Source: Lentisphaeria bacterium (GTDB taxonomy: Bacteria; Verrucomicrobiota; Lentisphaeria; JABSQK01; JAWLHB01). From it: a stretch of DNA of 64,000 nt. The notes beneath the pieces are model-generated. The model ran no database searches and was not told the origin of the DNA. It was given only the letters and a program-made list of their open reading frames with translations. This document shows, piece by piece, positions 1 to 10,561 of this stretch. The translations under genes were made by a program, and so were the position numbers. Positions within the stretch are counted from its first letter, which is position 1; each line of letters starts with the position of its first letter. Location of the stretch: NCBI GenBank assembly GCA_041690595.1, contig JAWLHB010000005.1:124001-188000 (forward strand), given 5' to 3'.

Positions 1-2
1 TC

Positions 3-383
3 CGCTATACCTACAGCCAGGTGACGGGGAATAACAGCATACACCTGAGCGCGTGGAACGGCGTCTTTCCCCTCTTCAAGACGAACTTCAGCATGACCGT
101 GTGGAACTACAGCACACGCCAGTACGATGCATTTCGTCTATCGGAGGTGGACAGCCAGTCGATGACTAACAGCGAGCTCTACAGCAATGTGAATGTCATC
201 AACGTGAATCCTGCCAGCTCGGCCTATGGGCAGGGCGTCTATGGTCGTGAAGTGGCACAGAACATGACTTTTGCCCACCGCGGCTACAAGGCCAATTTTG
301 CCTTTGCGGATGGCCATATCGAGGCTCTGCAAAGGCAGAAGGCCATACTTGATCCCCGCGGCAACCGCTGGGAAGGCCGCTGA
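3..383 (+). CDS. C-terminal part of a prepilin-type N-terminal cleavage/H-X9-DG (DUF1559-like) protein, 5' truncated by the window
   Basis: Frame open from position 3; C-terminal AHRGYKANFAFADGH motif typical of PVC H-X9-DG proteins. Confidence 0.8.
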   Translation, partial: RYTYSQVTGNNSIHLSAWNGVFPLFKTNFSMTVWNYSTRQYDAFRLSEVDSQSMTNSELYSNVNVINVNPASSAYGQGVYGREVAQNMTFAHRGYKANFAFADGHIEALQRQKAILDPRGNRWEGR

Positions 384-442
384 TTGCCGCCAAGCTCAAG
401 TCCTCCACGTCTTTTCGCTCATCATTCAGGAGAGCATCCACT

Positions 443-1558
443 GTGAAAGTAGCTGTACTTGGTGCCGGCGGCATGGGCCGCGGCGTTTCGCTTGCCACCG
501 CCCGACATGAGCTGGTGGAAGAAGTCATCGCGGTCGACATCGTGGCGGAGCAGCTCGTTCCGCTGCAAGGGCGAGAGAAGATTCGTACGACGACACGGCT
601 GGCGGATGCCCTGGACGATGACGCCGTGAAGCTCTGCCTGGTGACGGCGTCGAACGACGCGCATTATCCGCTGACGATGGCGGCGCTGGCGGCGGGCAAG
701 GCGGTGATGTGCGAGAAGCCTATCGCCACGACACTGCGCGAGGCGCGGGAGATGGTGGAGACCGCGGAGCGGCTGGGGCTCTTCTTTCAGATCGGCTTTG
801 AGTTGCGCTATTCCAAGCTCTACACCCGGGTGAAGGAATGGATCGACGCGGGGTACCTTGGCGAGGTCGTCAACACGCAGTGCACCTATATCTGCAGCGA
901 GTTTCACCAGAAGGGGTCGTGGCGCAATCTGAAGGCGACGGGCGGCAGCATGTTCGGCGAGAAGCTCAGCCACTACGTGGATCTGCCGCGGTGGTGGGTG
1001 GGCTCGCCGGTGGTGGATGTCTTCTCCGCCTGTGCCCCGAATGTGGTCCCCTACTATGAGGTGCGCGACAATTACCACACCCTATACCGCTTCGCCAACG
1101 GCGCGGTGAGTCAGCTGACCTTCATCATGTATCTCGGTCAGACCTTCGATGGCGATCCGCTGCAGAATGTGGTGACTCAGCAGCAGGGGGACGGGCACCA
1201 GCTCACTTACCTGATCACCGGCACACGCGGGGGAGCTGCCACCGATGTCTTCAACCGCACGCTCAAGCGTTGGGAATTTGGCGATTCGGAGAAATCGATG
1301 ACGAGTCGCCTCGTCGAGGAGATCAGCTGGGATTCAAGCGAGGACGGCATCTACTTCCACAATGGGACGGATCAACACCTGGATATCCTTCGACGGGTGA
1401 ACGAAGGATTGCCACCGGCAACGCCAGCGCGCGACGCCTACGAAACGATGAAGCTGGTCTTTGCCGCGGAGCAGTCCGCGGATAGCGGGCAGATCGTACG
1501 GCTCGATACGCTGGAGCGTGCCGAGTGTGAAGCGAAGCTGGCTGGCGCCCTGCCATGA
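443..1558 (+). CDS. Gfo/Idh/MocA family oxidoreductase
   Basis: N-terminal GAGGMG Rossmann motif, CEKP motif; AGGAG RBS upstream of GTG. Confidence 0.9.
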   Translation: MKVAVLGAGGMGRGVSLATARHELVEEVIAVDIVAEQLVPLQGREKIRTTTRLADALDDDAVKLCLVTASNDAHYPLTMAALAAGKAVMCEKPIATTLREAREMVETAERLGLFFQIGFELRYSKLYTRVKEWIDAGYLGEVVNTQCTYICSEFHQKGSWRNLKATGGSMFGEKLSHYVDLPRWWVGSPVVDVFSACAPNVVPYYEVRDNYHTLYRFANGAVSQLTFIMYLGQTFDGDPLQNVVTQQQGDGHQLTYLITGTRGGAATDVFNRTLKRWEFGDSEKSMTSRLVEEISWDSSEDGIYFHNGTDQHLDILRRVNEGLPPATPARDAYETMKLVFAAEQSADSGQIVRLDTLERAECEAKLAGALP

Positions 1559-4500
1559 AGGTGGCGTGGTTGATCAGTGTGCTGGTGCTGCTTCTGACAC
1601 CGGCCATGCTGGCCTTGGAGATCGTCGCGGACGGCAAGAGCGCGCATGTCATCGTGGGCGAGGCGCAGAATCCCGCTGTTCAGGACCTGCGGCTTTATAT
1701 AGCCAGGATGACTGGCGTGGAACTGGAGATACTCGATCCTGGCATGCTCACGCTGCCCGAACAGGTGATTCTGGTGGATCCCAGTGTCGACGAACGGCTG
1801 CAGCCGCAGGAGTACCGGCTGCGGGTGGTTGGGCAGCGCGTGGAGATTCGTGCCGGTGGCGCCGATGGCCTGTCGCATGGTGTGTACGGGCTGCTCGATG
1901 ACCACTGGGGCTGCCGATTTCTGACGCGGCAGGAGGATTACGTACCGGAGCGGGCGAGGCTGTCGCTGCCCGATGAGCTGGACGAGAGCCGCGGCCCCTC
2001 GATACGCGATCGGATGAACGGCTCGCCGCATGGTGCGGGGATGGCGGATGCCACATGGCGACGACGCAACCGGATGAGCTGCGAGATCTATGGACATGCC
2101 AATCACGATCTCTACCAGTTGCTCGCGCCCGCCACCTACTTCGCGGAGCATCCGGAGTGGTATCCACTGGGAGTGGACGGGGTCCGCAAGCCCGGCTGCG
2201 ACTGGGTGTGCTGGAGCAACGCGGGGATGCTGGAGGAGCTGACGCGGCTACTGAAGGCAAAGATGGCGGTGACGCCTGCCAACCAGTATATCTCGCTGGG
2301 ACAGGGAGACGGATTTTCTGATCCGTGCCATTGTTCGGAGTGTCGCGCGCTGGTGGAGCAGTACGGGTCGGAAGCGGCGCCGATCATTGCGGGACTCAAC
2401 CGGGTTCTTCCCGAGACGCGGCGGGAGTATCCCCTGCATCAGGTTGTGATCTTCGCCTATTACCATACGGATGTGCCGCCGATCAAGGGTGAGCAACGGC
2501 TGATCCCCGACCCCTCGATCTGCTTCACCTTCGTGCGGATGGGGGATGCCATGAAGAACTTGCAGGCTCCTGTCAACCGCGGCTTTCGCGAGAAGCTTGA
2601 AGGCTGGCGTAGCCTGACGGAGAAGCTGCAGATCTGGTCGTGGTCGGTCGGTTTCCGGAACGCGCTCCTGCCTTTCCCCAACTACCGGGCGATGGCGGAA
2701 GATACGCAGTGGTACGCAGGCAGGGTCCAGGGTGTCATGCATCAGATGTACGCCAATGGCGAATGGGGGTTGCTGCGCGACTGGTTGCTGGCCCGGACCA
2801 TGTGGGACACCACCCTCGATATCACCGCTACCCAGAAGGATTTCCTGCGCCACTACTATGGCGAGGCGGCCGCGCCCTGGCTGTGGACGATACTCGAGCG
2901 CTCGCAGGAGGCCGCGGCCAAAAGCACCTTCACCTTCAATGCGGTCTTCGACAGCGCCCCTGAGGTCGTCCGACCCCGCCTCTTTCCAGATGAGGAGATA
3001 GCCTTTTATCGAGAGGCGTGGCAGGGCGCGCTGGCCGCGGCAGCCACCGATCCCGAGCCGCTTCACGCGACGCGAGTCAAGGAGACCTTCGGCCGATCCT
3101 TTGCGATGCTGGACTTCGCCATACCGCGACCGCTTGCCCGCGTCATGGTGGAGAAGGACGACTGGCTCCTGCCAGGCGGCGATGCGGTGTTGGCGCGGTC
3201 GGTGACGGAACTGAGCGAGATCCTGACGAAGACGACGGTCTGGGAATGGGCGGGGTACGAAGTGGGTCGTCGGCGATTCCTCAACAATGCGGGCGGTCCG
3301 CTGGCCCCAATCATCGCGAACAACCATCTGCAGGCGGCGTTCTGCATGGCACTGGATGGCAACCTCGCCTCGCTGGTGGAGCGGAGCGGCGGCCGCGAAT
3401 GGCTTGGCATCGGGTCGAGTGGCAAGGGGCAGCTGACGGGGCTTCATCCGGTCATCGGCAACCATGGCGCCTCGGACAGCACCTTCACGGTCAGCGATGA
3501 GGATGGGGCAGAGGTCGTAAGGATCAGCGGGCCCGTGGTTACCGGGCCATGGATGGTCTTCAAGTCGTTCCAGCACGAGCGCGTGTATCGTTTCCCCCGC
3601 GATCGGTCGGGCTTCACGGTGGAGTCTTACCTTGTCAGCGACTCGCGGGTGGCGGACTTCGTTTTCTTCAGTCGCGAGCAATACAACAAGGCGCCCTTCA
3701 ATCTGGTGCTGGGAGAGCCGATCTACGCACCGGGCCTCGACCTGCGGCTCAACGTCGCCAAGCCTGAAGATGTGGCGGTCATGATCGTGTCGCCCGATTT
3801 CACGCTGACGCAGGAGTTGCCGGTTGGTGCCATGTCCCAGGTGCCGTTACCGGTGGAGCGCACGGCGGATGGCATGCTGCGGCTCTACTTCATCGGCCTC
3901 GACCCGGAGCGCACCCTGGCGCTGAGCACACCGTGGCATCAGTGGGAGCAGATCGGCATGACGCATGAGGCCGCGAGCCAACAGCTGGTCCTGCGCTTCA
4001 GCGGGGCGAAGGCGATGGCGGTCAAGGATCAGCGTGTGCCGACCGGTACGCTGCAGGTGGATATCCTGACGAAGGAGGAAGCCGAGCGACGGCAGCCCAT
4101 AGCTGCATTGACGGTGGTTGACCGTGCGAATCGGCGGCCGGAGCTGAAGTGGGCAGCAGTGGATTATGCGGCACTGGCGGGTTACCATGTCCATGCGGCC
4201 CACGAAGGCGGCGCCTTCGCCCAGATGACAACGCGGCCCCTGACGGAAGCGCGCTGGCAGCCGGAAGAAGCCCTGGCCGATGGGCGGTGGCGCTTTCATG
4301 TCACCCATGTCGATGGGGCCGGAATCGAGAGTGCGCCCTCCCCTCTTGCGGCATGGCGCGGCAACTCGGGTCTGGAGGAGGGGACGATGCTGGTGGCCAA
4401 CGATGGCACGGGCGATTTCATGAGCCTGGGTGCCGCCCTGGCAGCCTTGCCGACAGCAGCCTGGTCGAAGGATTTCACCATTGAGATAAAGGATACGTCG

Positions 4501-5439
4501 GCTCTCTTTCCCCATGGATATGATGGCGCCACGGTGCCGGGCGCGGTAGTGGCGGCAGCGCAGGGACGAATGCTGCATCTGATTGGCCTGGGAGGCAAGG
4601 CCATTCTTCATGGGCCGATCGTGCTGAACGACGGCAGGTCGAGAGTGACGGTGCGGATCAGCAATCTGCGTTTTGTCGCGCCGACGGAGTGCGGCATTCT
4701 GATGCCGGGGGCAGGCTCGCGGATCGCCGACAACACCTTCGAGGGCATTCCCTTCGCCATCAAGCTGCCGAATCTCGACTCGAATGCCGGCAGCGTCATC
4801 GAGCGCAACTATTTCCGCGACATCAGCCGTCTTGCCATCCACGACGCAGGGGCCGGTCGCGGCGGCACGGAAGAGAGCCCCTTTATCATCCGCAACAACC
4901 TCTTCGTCAACTGCCCGACAATGCTGCACCTGTGCAACCCAACCTGGAGCTACTTCATCCACAACAGCTGCGATAAGAGTTCGATGCGGGTGGATCTGGA
5001 GCCGACCTTCACCATCGCCAACAACATCTTCGCTTTCATGCGCCCCTTCACCATGATTCGCTCGCGAGAGCAGAATCGGCAGGGCGGAGCACGGATCGAC
5101 GGCAATGTCTTCTGGAGGACAACGCCGATGGCGGTCTACGAGAGCAACAAACCGGGAGAGCAGACGCTGAGCGAATGGCAGGCCTCGTATCCGCACCTGA
5201 CTGCCAACCGGGAGCTTGCGCCGCTGTGGATGGGCAACGACGAAGCGGCGCATCGTGAAGAGCAGCCAGTGCCCCAACTGGCGATCGGCCATCAGGTGGG
5301 GGCACATCCGGAGGCGTACCGGCTTCGGCCGGAGAGCGCCTGCCGTGAAGGTGGGTTGCCCGGCCTGCCGGTCGGGGAGGTGGATTTCCTCGGGGAATCC
5401 AGACCGGCGGACCGTACGGGCGTCGGAGCATTTCAGTAA
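1555..5439 (+). CDS. Large secreted DUF4838-domain protein with C-terminal FN3-like and right-handed beta-helix regions
   Basis: Signal peptide; GH20/GH67-like N-domain (HGVYGLLDDHWGCRF); EHPEWY, CWSN and CHCSEC motifs of DUF4838; IxxNxF repeats at the C-terminus; ATGA overlap with upstream gene. Confidence 0.75.
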   Translation: MKVAWLISVLVLLLTPAMLALEIVADGKSAHVIVGEAQNPAVQDLRLYIARMTGVELEILDPGMLTLPEQVILVDPSVDERLQPQEYRLRVVGQRVEIRAGGADGLSHGVYGLLDDHWGCRFLTRQEDYVPERARLSLPDELDESRGPSIRDRMNGSPHGAGMADATWRRRNRMSCEIYGHANHDLYQLLAPATYFAEHPEWYPLGVDGVRKPGCDWVCWSNAGMLEELTRLLKAKMAVTPANQYISLGQGDGFSDPCHCSECRALVEQYGSEAAPIIAGLNRVLPETRREYPLHQVVIFAYYHTDVPPIKGEQRLIPDPSICFTFVRMGDAMKNLQAPVNRGFREKLEGWRSLTEKLQIWSWSVGFRNALLPFPNYRAMAEDTQWYAGRVQGVMHQMYANGEWGLLRDWLLARTMWDTTLDITATQKDFLRHYYGEAAAPWLWTILERSQEAAAKSTFTFNAVFDSAPEVVRPRLFPDEEIAFYREAWQGALAAAATDPEPLHATRVKETFGRSFAMLDFAIPRPLARVMVEKDDWLLPGGDAVLARSVTELSEILTKTTVWEWAGYEVGRRRFLNNAGGPLAPIIANNHLQAAFCMALDGNLASLVERSGGREWLGIGSSGKGQLTGLHPVIGNHGASDSTFTVSDEDGAEVVRISGPVVTGPWMVFKSFQHERVYRFPRDRSGFTVESYLVSDSRVADFVFFSREQYNKAPFNLVLGEPIYAPGLDLRLNVAKPEDVAVMIVSPDFTLTQELPVGAMSQVPLPVERTADGMLRLYFIGLDPERTLALSTPWHQWEQIGMTHEAASQQLVLRFSGAKAMAVKDQRVPTGTLQVDILTKEEAERRQPIAALTVVDRANRRPELKWAAVDYAALAGYHVHAAHEGGAFAQMTTRPLTEARWQPEEALADGRWRFHVTHVDGAGIESAPSPLAAWRGNSGLEEGTMLVANDGTGDFMSLGAALAALPTAAWSKDFTIEIKDTSALFPHGYDGATVPGAVVAAAQGRMLHLIGLGGKAILHGPIVLNDGRSRVTVRISNLRFVAPTECGILMPGAGSRIADNTFEGIPFAIKLPNLDSNAGSVIERNYFRDISRLAIHDAGAGRGGTEESPFIIRNNLFVNCPTMLHLCNPTWSYFIHNSCDKSSMRVDLEPTFTIANNIFAFMRPFTMIRSREQNRQGGARIDGNVFWRTTPMAVYESNKPGEQTLSEWQASYPHLTANRELAPLWMGNDEAAHREEQPVPQLAIGHQVGAHPEAYRLRPESACREGGLPGLPVGEVDFLGESRPADRTGVGAFQ

Positions 5440-5467
5440 CCAGATCCTGGATCAAGGGAGTATCGCG

Positions 5468-7924
5468 ATGAAAGCTGCATCTCTTCATGTTGTGATTATG
5501 CTGATGTGGGCGCTGATCAGTGCGGGATCCGTCGCCGCGCCGGTGATCTACCGGGTATCGCCGCTGGACCTGCGGCCGGACAATGGCATACCGGCGGATT
5601 GGGCTGCCGCCACAGGGCCGATCCACGTACGCATAGCCCCCGGTGAGCTGGACGATATCGTGGTCGCGCTGGCCGGCGGGGATGAGGCAATTCCGCAGGC
5701 CGGCATCCGCATCACCCCCTTGCGTGACGGGAGTCGGGAGTTGCGGATTCCGGAAGATCGGCTCTATGCGGTGGTCTGCTACTATGGTCCCAAGGGTGGC
5801 ATCAATGGTCCGAAGGAGAAAGAAGCGCCGGAGAGCTACCAGTATGAACCCTTTGCGCTCTTCTATGACGCGGGCATTGTGCAGGTCGATCACGCGGCGC
5901 GCCGCACCCGCCTGACGCAAGAGGGCTTTCTTGTCGATCCGCCGCCGCTCAAGGCACGCGAGGTGCCGGCGGGGGAGATGCGGCAGTGGTACGTGACTAT
6001 TCCGGTACCTCCAGATGCGGCGCCCGGCAGCTACAGCGGCCAGCTCGAATTCACCTCGCGGGGAGCCGTCATCGCGTCGGTGCCGCTTGCGGTTGAGGTG
6101 CTTCCCATCCGGTTGCTGCCACCCGCCAAGATCTATGCGATGTACAACAACATCTACGATCTCGGCATCGAAGATCCGCGCTATCTCCTCATGCTGAAGG
6201 ATCTGGCGGAGCACGGCTTTGACACGACCAACGTCATGCTGGAACCGCATAAAGGTGGCGGAGAACCTTTCGGACGCATCGATCAGACCATGGAGCTGAT
6301 CCGCCAGGCGGGCATGGATCCCGAGTTCACCTTCGCCTTTTCGTCCGCCTTCATCAACTTCTGGGACTCGAACCCGGAGAAGGATCAGAAGGTCGCCACC
6401 GAGTTGAAGCGCCATTGGGACGACAAAGGGTACGCGCCGCTCGCCATCTACGGGATGGATGAGGCCAGCGGCGATACACTCCGGCGCGTAGCGAAGCGGT
6501 ACCAGACGGTGCGCGATGCGGGGCTGAAGGTACTGGCCGCCTGCAGCGAAGGCTTCTTTGAACAGACTGGCGACAACCTGGATATCCCCATCCTCGCCGG
6601 CGGTCTCGTCCCTTCGGATCTGGCCGTTGCCGATGTAGCCAGAGCCAAAGCGGCCGGGCTGACCATCCTCTCCTATTCCGGCCCGCAGCTCATCTACCGT
6701 GCTCCCCTGCTCTACCGTGTGCGCACCGGCTTCAATCTCTGGACGAGCATCTACGACGGCTGGTGCCCCTTCACCTACGCCTGGGACATTTCCCGCCACC
6801 AGAGCGGCGAGATCATCACCGCCGGCTGCGGCTCCACATACAAGGATCACGGCGTGGTCATTGTCGGCAAGGAGCGGATGATCTCCCAGGTCGAGTGGCC
6901 CGCCATGCGGCAGGGGGTGGACGACGTTCGCTTCGCCACGACTCTTGCCGCCCAGGTGATGGCCGCGCGCCGGCTGGAGTTGCAGGCTGATGCCGTAGAC
7001 GCGGCGGAAGCCTTCCTGCGGAAGCCCGGCGTCAGCGCCGGCGACTATCTGACCGTCGAAGCTGCCCGTGCGCGCATCGTCGACTTCATCCTTCAGTTGC
7101 AGGCGCTGGCGCCGGGGCTCGACACCATAGCGCTGGCCGGCGAAGAGGCGCAAAGCACGGCTCGCGCGGTGAATGACTGGATCCGTCCCGATCTGAGCTT
7201 CCGACCTTTTCCGATGGGCCAGAAGGAGCTTGCGGAAGGGCTCGAGCGGGTGCGCAGCCAACTGGCGGCAGGAAGGGGCTTCGAGGCGCTCCAGAATGGT
7301 TATGCGCTCGACCGACAGGTGGACGAGTTGGTGGCATCCGGCAAGCTGAGTCCGGTGGAGAAGGTCATTGCCAAGGGGGAGATCGGCAAGCAGATCCTGG
7401 CCACCGAAGCCCAGGTGCTGGGGGTGAATCCGGCCGATCTGCCGGAGACCTTCACGGTGGTGGCGGAGATATCCGATGGCTGGCGCTTCCAGCCGGACCG
7501 GGAGGATGTCGGCCTGGAATCCAGCTGGTATGCTCCCGATCACAACCGCGAAGAGTGGTCACCTATCGACACGCAGACCTTCTGGCAGCGCCAGGGAAAT
7601 CCCGACTGGATCGACCTTGAGGGAGCACAGATCGGGGCGCTGGGAATCGGCTGGTACGCCCGCGCCCTGGAGGTACCCGAGAGCTGGGGCAACCGGTCGC
7701 TTTATCTCTGGTTCAAAGTGGATGAAGACGCCATGGTCTGGATCGATGGAAAGCTGGTGCGCATCCGCAATGAAGGCTCCATGCAGGAGCGCTGGAACGT
7801 GCCCACCATCATCGAGCTGTCGCCGCACCTCAGCCCCGGCACGCACCAGCTTGTCATCCGGGTATTCAATGACGCCATGGCCGGTGGACTCTGGCAAGGC
7901 GTACGCATCATCGAGAGGAAGTGA
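5468..7924 (+). CDS. Secreted putative glycoside hydrolase (GH123/DUF4091-like) with C-terminal GH2-type sugar-binding jelly roll
   Basis: ATG 5468 with AAGGGAG RBS and signal peptide; YGMDEA acidic pair; WPAMRQGVDDVRF (DUF4091-like); C-terminal GWRF..GIGWY..VDEDAMVWIDG..GGLWQGV. Confidence 0.65.
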   Translation: MKAASLHVVIMLMWALISAGSVAAPVIYRVSPLDLRPDNGIPADWAAATGPIHVRIAPGELDDIVVALAGGDEAIPQAGIRITPLRDGSRELRIPEDRLYAVVCYYGPKGGINGPKEKEAPESYQYEPFALFYDAGIVQVDHAARRTRLTQEGFLVDPPPLKAREVPAGEMRQWYVTIPVPPDAAPGSYSGQLEFTSRGAVIASVPLAVEVLPIRLLPPAKIYAMYNNIYDLGIEDPRYLLMLKDLAEHGFDTTNVMLEPHKGGGEPFGRIDQTMELIRQAGMDPEFTFAFSSAFINFWDSNPEKDQKVATELKRHWDDKGYAPLAIYGMDEASGDTLRRVAKRYQTVRDAGLKVLAACSEGFFEQTGDNLDIPILAGGLVPSDLAVADVARAKAAGLTILSYSGPQLIYRAPLLYRVRTGFNLWTSIYDGWCPFTYAWDISRHQSGEIITAGCGSTYKDHGVVIVGKERMISQVEWPAMRQGVDDVRFATTLAAQVMAARRLELQADAVDAAEAFLRKPGVSAGDYLTVEAARARIVDFILQLQALAPGLDTIALAGEEAQSTARAVNDWIRPDLSFRPFPMGQKELAEGLERVRSQLAAGRGFEALQNGYALDRQVDELVASGKLSPVEKVIAKGEIGKQILATEAQVLGVNPADLPETFTVVAEISDGWRFQPDREDVGLESSWYAPDHNREEWSPIDTQTFWQRQGNPDWIDLEGAQIGALGIGWYARALEVPESWGNRSLYLWFKVDEDAMVWIDGKLVRIRNEGSMQERWNVPTIIELSPHLSPGTHQLVIRVFNDAMAGGLWQGVRIIERK

Positions 7925-9258
7925 GCAGTATGGCATCGCACGACAATCCGCCCTGGTTGCGGGAGCGGCTGGAATGGTTTCAGGATCAGAAGTTCGGGCT
8001 CTTCATGCACTGGGGGATCAACAGCGTCTGGGGGATCTGCGAATCGTGGCCCCTCTCACCAGCGGACACCTGGGCCCGCACCGAGACCATGAAACCATGG
8101 ATCGACCGGGATCGCGATCTGGAGCGCTTTTCGGCCGATTACCGGGCGCTGATCGGGCACTTCAACCCCGTCAACTTCGATCCCCATAAATGGGCGACCG
8201 CGGCCAGCCAGGCCGGGATGAAGTACGTCTGTTTCACGACGAAGCATCATGACGGTTTCTGCCTCTTCGATACACAGACCACGGATTTCCGGATCACCCA
8301 TCCGAACTGCGCCTTTCACGCGCATCCCCGCGCCAACGCCACGCGGGAGATCTTCGACGCCTTCCGGCAGGAGGCGTTTGGGATCTGGTGCTACTTCTCC
8401 AAGTCGGACTGGCACTCTCCGCACTACTGGAGTCCCGAGCTGCCGGTGGTAGATCGCAATCCGAACTACGACACGAGGCGCCATCCTGAGCGCTGGGAGC
8501 GCTTCGTCCAGTATACGCATGCGCAGCTGCGCGAGCTGCTTGGCGAGTATGGACCAATCGATGTTCTCTGGCTGGACGGCGGCCAGGTTCAACCCCCGGA
8601 GCAGGACATCCGGATGGAGGAGATTGCCGCTTTCGGGCGGGAGCTGCAGCCGGGGCTGATCATCGCTGACCGCACGGTCGGGGGCCCCTACGAGAACTTC
8701 GTCACGCCGGAACAGACGGTGCCTGAAATGCCGCTGGACGGGCCGTGGGAATCCTGCGTGACGATGGGGCCAACCTTCTCCTATGGCTTCGACGATCAGT
8801 ACAAGGATACCCGGACCTTGATCCACCTGCTGATCGACATCGTCGCCAAGGGGGGCAATCTTCTGCTCAACATTGCGCCATCGCCGGAAGGGGATTTTGC
8901 GCCGCAGGCTTACGAGCGGCTACGGGAGATCGGCGACTGGATGGCGATCCACGGGGAAGGCATCCATGGCACAAGGCCCATCGCACCCTACCAGGAAGGA
9001 AACATCCGCTTCACCCGCAAGGGGGAGACGGCCTATGCCTTCGTGCTGGAGGGCGGCAGAGAGCCGGCCATTGGCCAGACGATCACGCTGCGCAGCCTTC
9101 AGCCACGGGATGGCGAGACGATCAGAGTCCTGGGCATGGAGGCACCACTTGCGTGGACGCGCCACGACACGCATGTCGAGGTTCACCTGCCGCGGGAGTG
9201 GCAGCCAGCCGCTCCGGCATGGTGCATGACATTTCCAATTCATACCAGACAGGGGTAG
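7921..9258 (+). CDS. Alpha-L-fucosidase (GH29)
   Basis: WFQDQKFGLFMHWG, TTKHHDGF, LWLDG and GGNLLLNI motifs; start may be ATG 7930. Confidence 0.95.
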   Translation: MSSMASHDNPPWLRERLEWFQDQKFGLFMHWGINSVWGICESWPLSPADTWARTETMKPWIDRDRDLERFSADYRALIGHFNPVNFDPHKWATAASQAGMKYVCFTTKHHDGFCLFDTQTTDFRITHPNCAFHAHPRANATREIFDAFRQEAFGIWCYFSKSDWHSPHYWSPELPVVDRNPNYDTRRHPERWERFVQYTHAQLRELLGEYGPIDVLWLDGGQVQPPEQDIRMEEIAAFGRELQPGLIIADRTVGGPYENFVTPEQTVPEMPLDGPWESCVTMGPTFSYGFDDQYKDTRTLIHLLIDIVAKGGNLLLNIAPSPEGDFAPQAYERLREIGDWMAIHGEGIHGTRPIAPYQEGNIRFTRKGETAYAFVLEGGREPAIGQTITLRSLQPRDGETIRVLGMEAPLAWTRHDTHVEVHLPREWQPAAPAWCMTFPIHTRQG

Positions 9259-9261
9259 AAA

Positions 9262-10524
9262 ATGAGTAAAGGGGTAACACTTGCCATTGTCGGCGCCGGA
9301 TCGCGCGGGGCCGAAAGCTATGCGCCGCGGGCGCTGAAGAGCGACGTCAAAGTACGCTTTACCGCGGTTGCCGAGCCGCGGCCGGCCTGGCGCGAACGGG
9401 CGATCACCAACTTCGACATTCCCAGAGAGAATGCCTTCACCACCTGGGAGGATCTGGTCGATCGGCCGCAACTGGCGGATGGGGTCATCATCGCGACGCA
9501 GGATCACATGCACGCGGCGCCCGCGCAGGCACTGATGCGCAAGGGCTATCACGTTCTCCTCGAAAAGCCGATGGCGCCGACGGAAGCGGAATGCCGCGCC
9601 ATTGTCGACACCCGCCGGGAAACGGGACGCATCCTGGCCGTTTGCCACGTCATGCGCTACTCCTCTCATGCGCGCATGGTGAAGCGCGTACTCGACGAAG
9701 GGCTCATCGGCGACATTACCTGCATTCAGCATGTCGAGCCGGTCGGCTACTACCACATCGCTCACTCCTACGTACGGGGAAACTGGCGCCGCGAAGACGA
9801 GTCATCGCCCATGCTCCTGGCCAAATCGTGCCACGATCTGGACATCCTGCGCTACTGGATCGACAAGCCGTGCCGGCGGGTCAGCTCCTTCGGCACGCTC
9901 GGTCACTTTCGGGCGGAGAACCGTCCCGCGGGCGCCGCGGATCGCTGCCTCGATTGCCCGGCGGAGGTGGAATCGGGCTGTCCGTATTCCGCGGCCAAGA
10001 TCTACCTGCGGGACCGCCGCAACAACCACGGCTGGCCCAACAACGTGCTGGGTCTGGATACGTCGCCGAGCGGCATCGCCACCTCCCTTCGGAATGGGCC
10101 GTACGGCCGCTGTGTCTATGCCTGCGACAACGATGTGGTCGATCGGCAAGTCGTCAACATGGAGTTCGACGGAGGCGTCGTGGTGAGCTTCACCATGGCT
10201 GGATGCACCGCTCCCGGCGGACGCGAAACCTGGATCATGGGAACGCGTGGGCAGCTCCGCTCCGATGCCAGACGCATCCTGGAGCACACCGATTTCCTGA
10301 CGGACAAGTCGGTCGACATCGGGGTCAGCGAAAAGGGAGATGCCTTGCTGGCCACTGGCCATGCCGGTGACGAGCAACTGGTGCTGGATTTCGTGCGCGC
10401 GATTGCCGACGACGATCCCAGCCTCCTGATCTCGAGCCCGGAAGTTTCGCTCGAGAGTCATCTTATCGCCTTCGCGGCCGAACGCTCCCGCCGGAGCGGT
10501 ACCGTCGAGGCCATTATCCCGTGA
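9262..10524 (+). CDS. Gfo/Idh/MocA family oxidoreductase (Cys-rich subtype)
   Basis: GAGSRG, LLEKP, HSYVRGNW, LLAKSCHDLD and YGRCVY motifs. Confidence 0.92.
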   Translation: MSKGVTLAIVGAGSRGAESYAPRALKSDVKVRFTAVAEPRPAWRERAITNFDIPRENAFTTWEDLVDRPQLADGVIIATQDHMHAAPAQALMRKGYHVLLEKPMAPTEAECRAIVDTRRETGRILAVCHVMRYSSHARMVKRVLDEGLIGDITCIQHVEPVGYYHIAHSYVRGNWRREDESSPMLLAKSCHDLDILRYWIDKPCRRVSSFGTLGHFRAENRPAGAADRCLDCPAEVESGCPYSAAKIYLRDRRNNHGWPNNVLGLDTSPSGIATSLRNGPYGRCVYACDNDVVDRQVVNMEFDGGVVVSFTMAGCTAPGGRETWIMGTRGQLRSDARRILEHTDFLTDKSVDIGVSEKGDALLATGHAGDEQLVLDFVRAIADDDPSLLISSPEVSLESHLIAFAAERSRRSGTVEAIIP

Positions 10525-10561
10525 AGCGAAACCTTCGCATGATTGTACAACCCGAGGAAAC

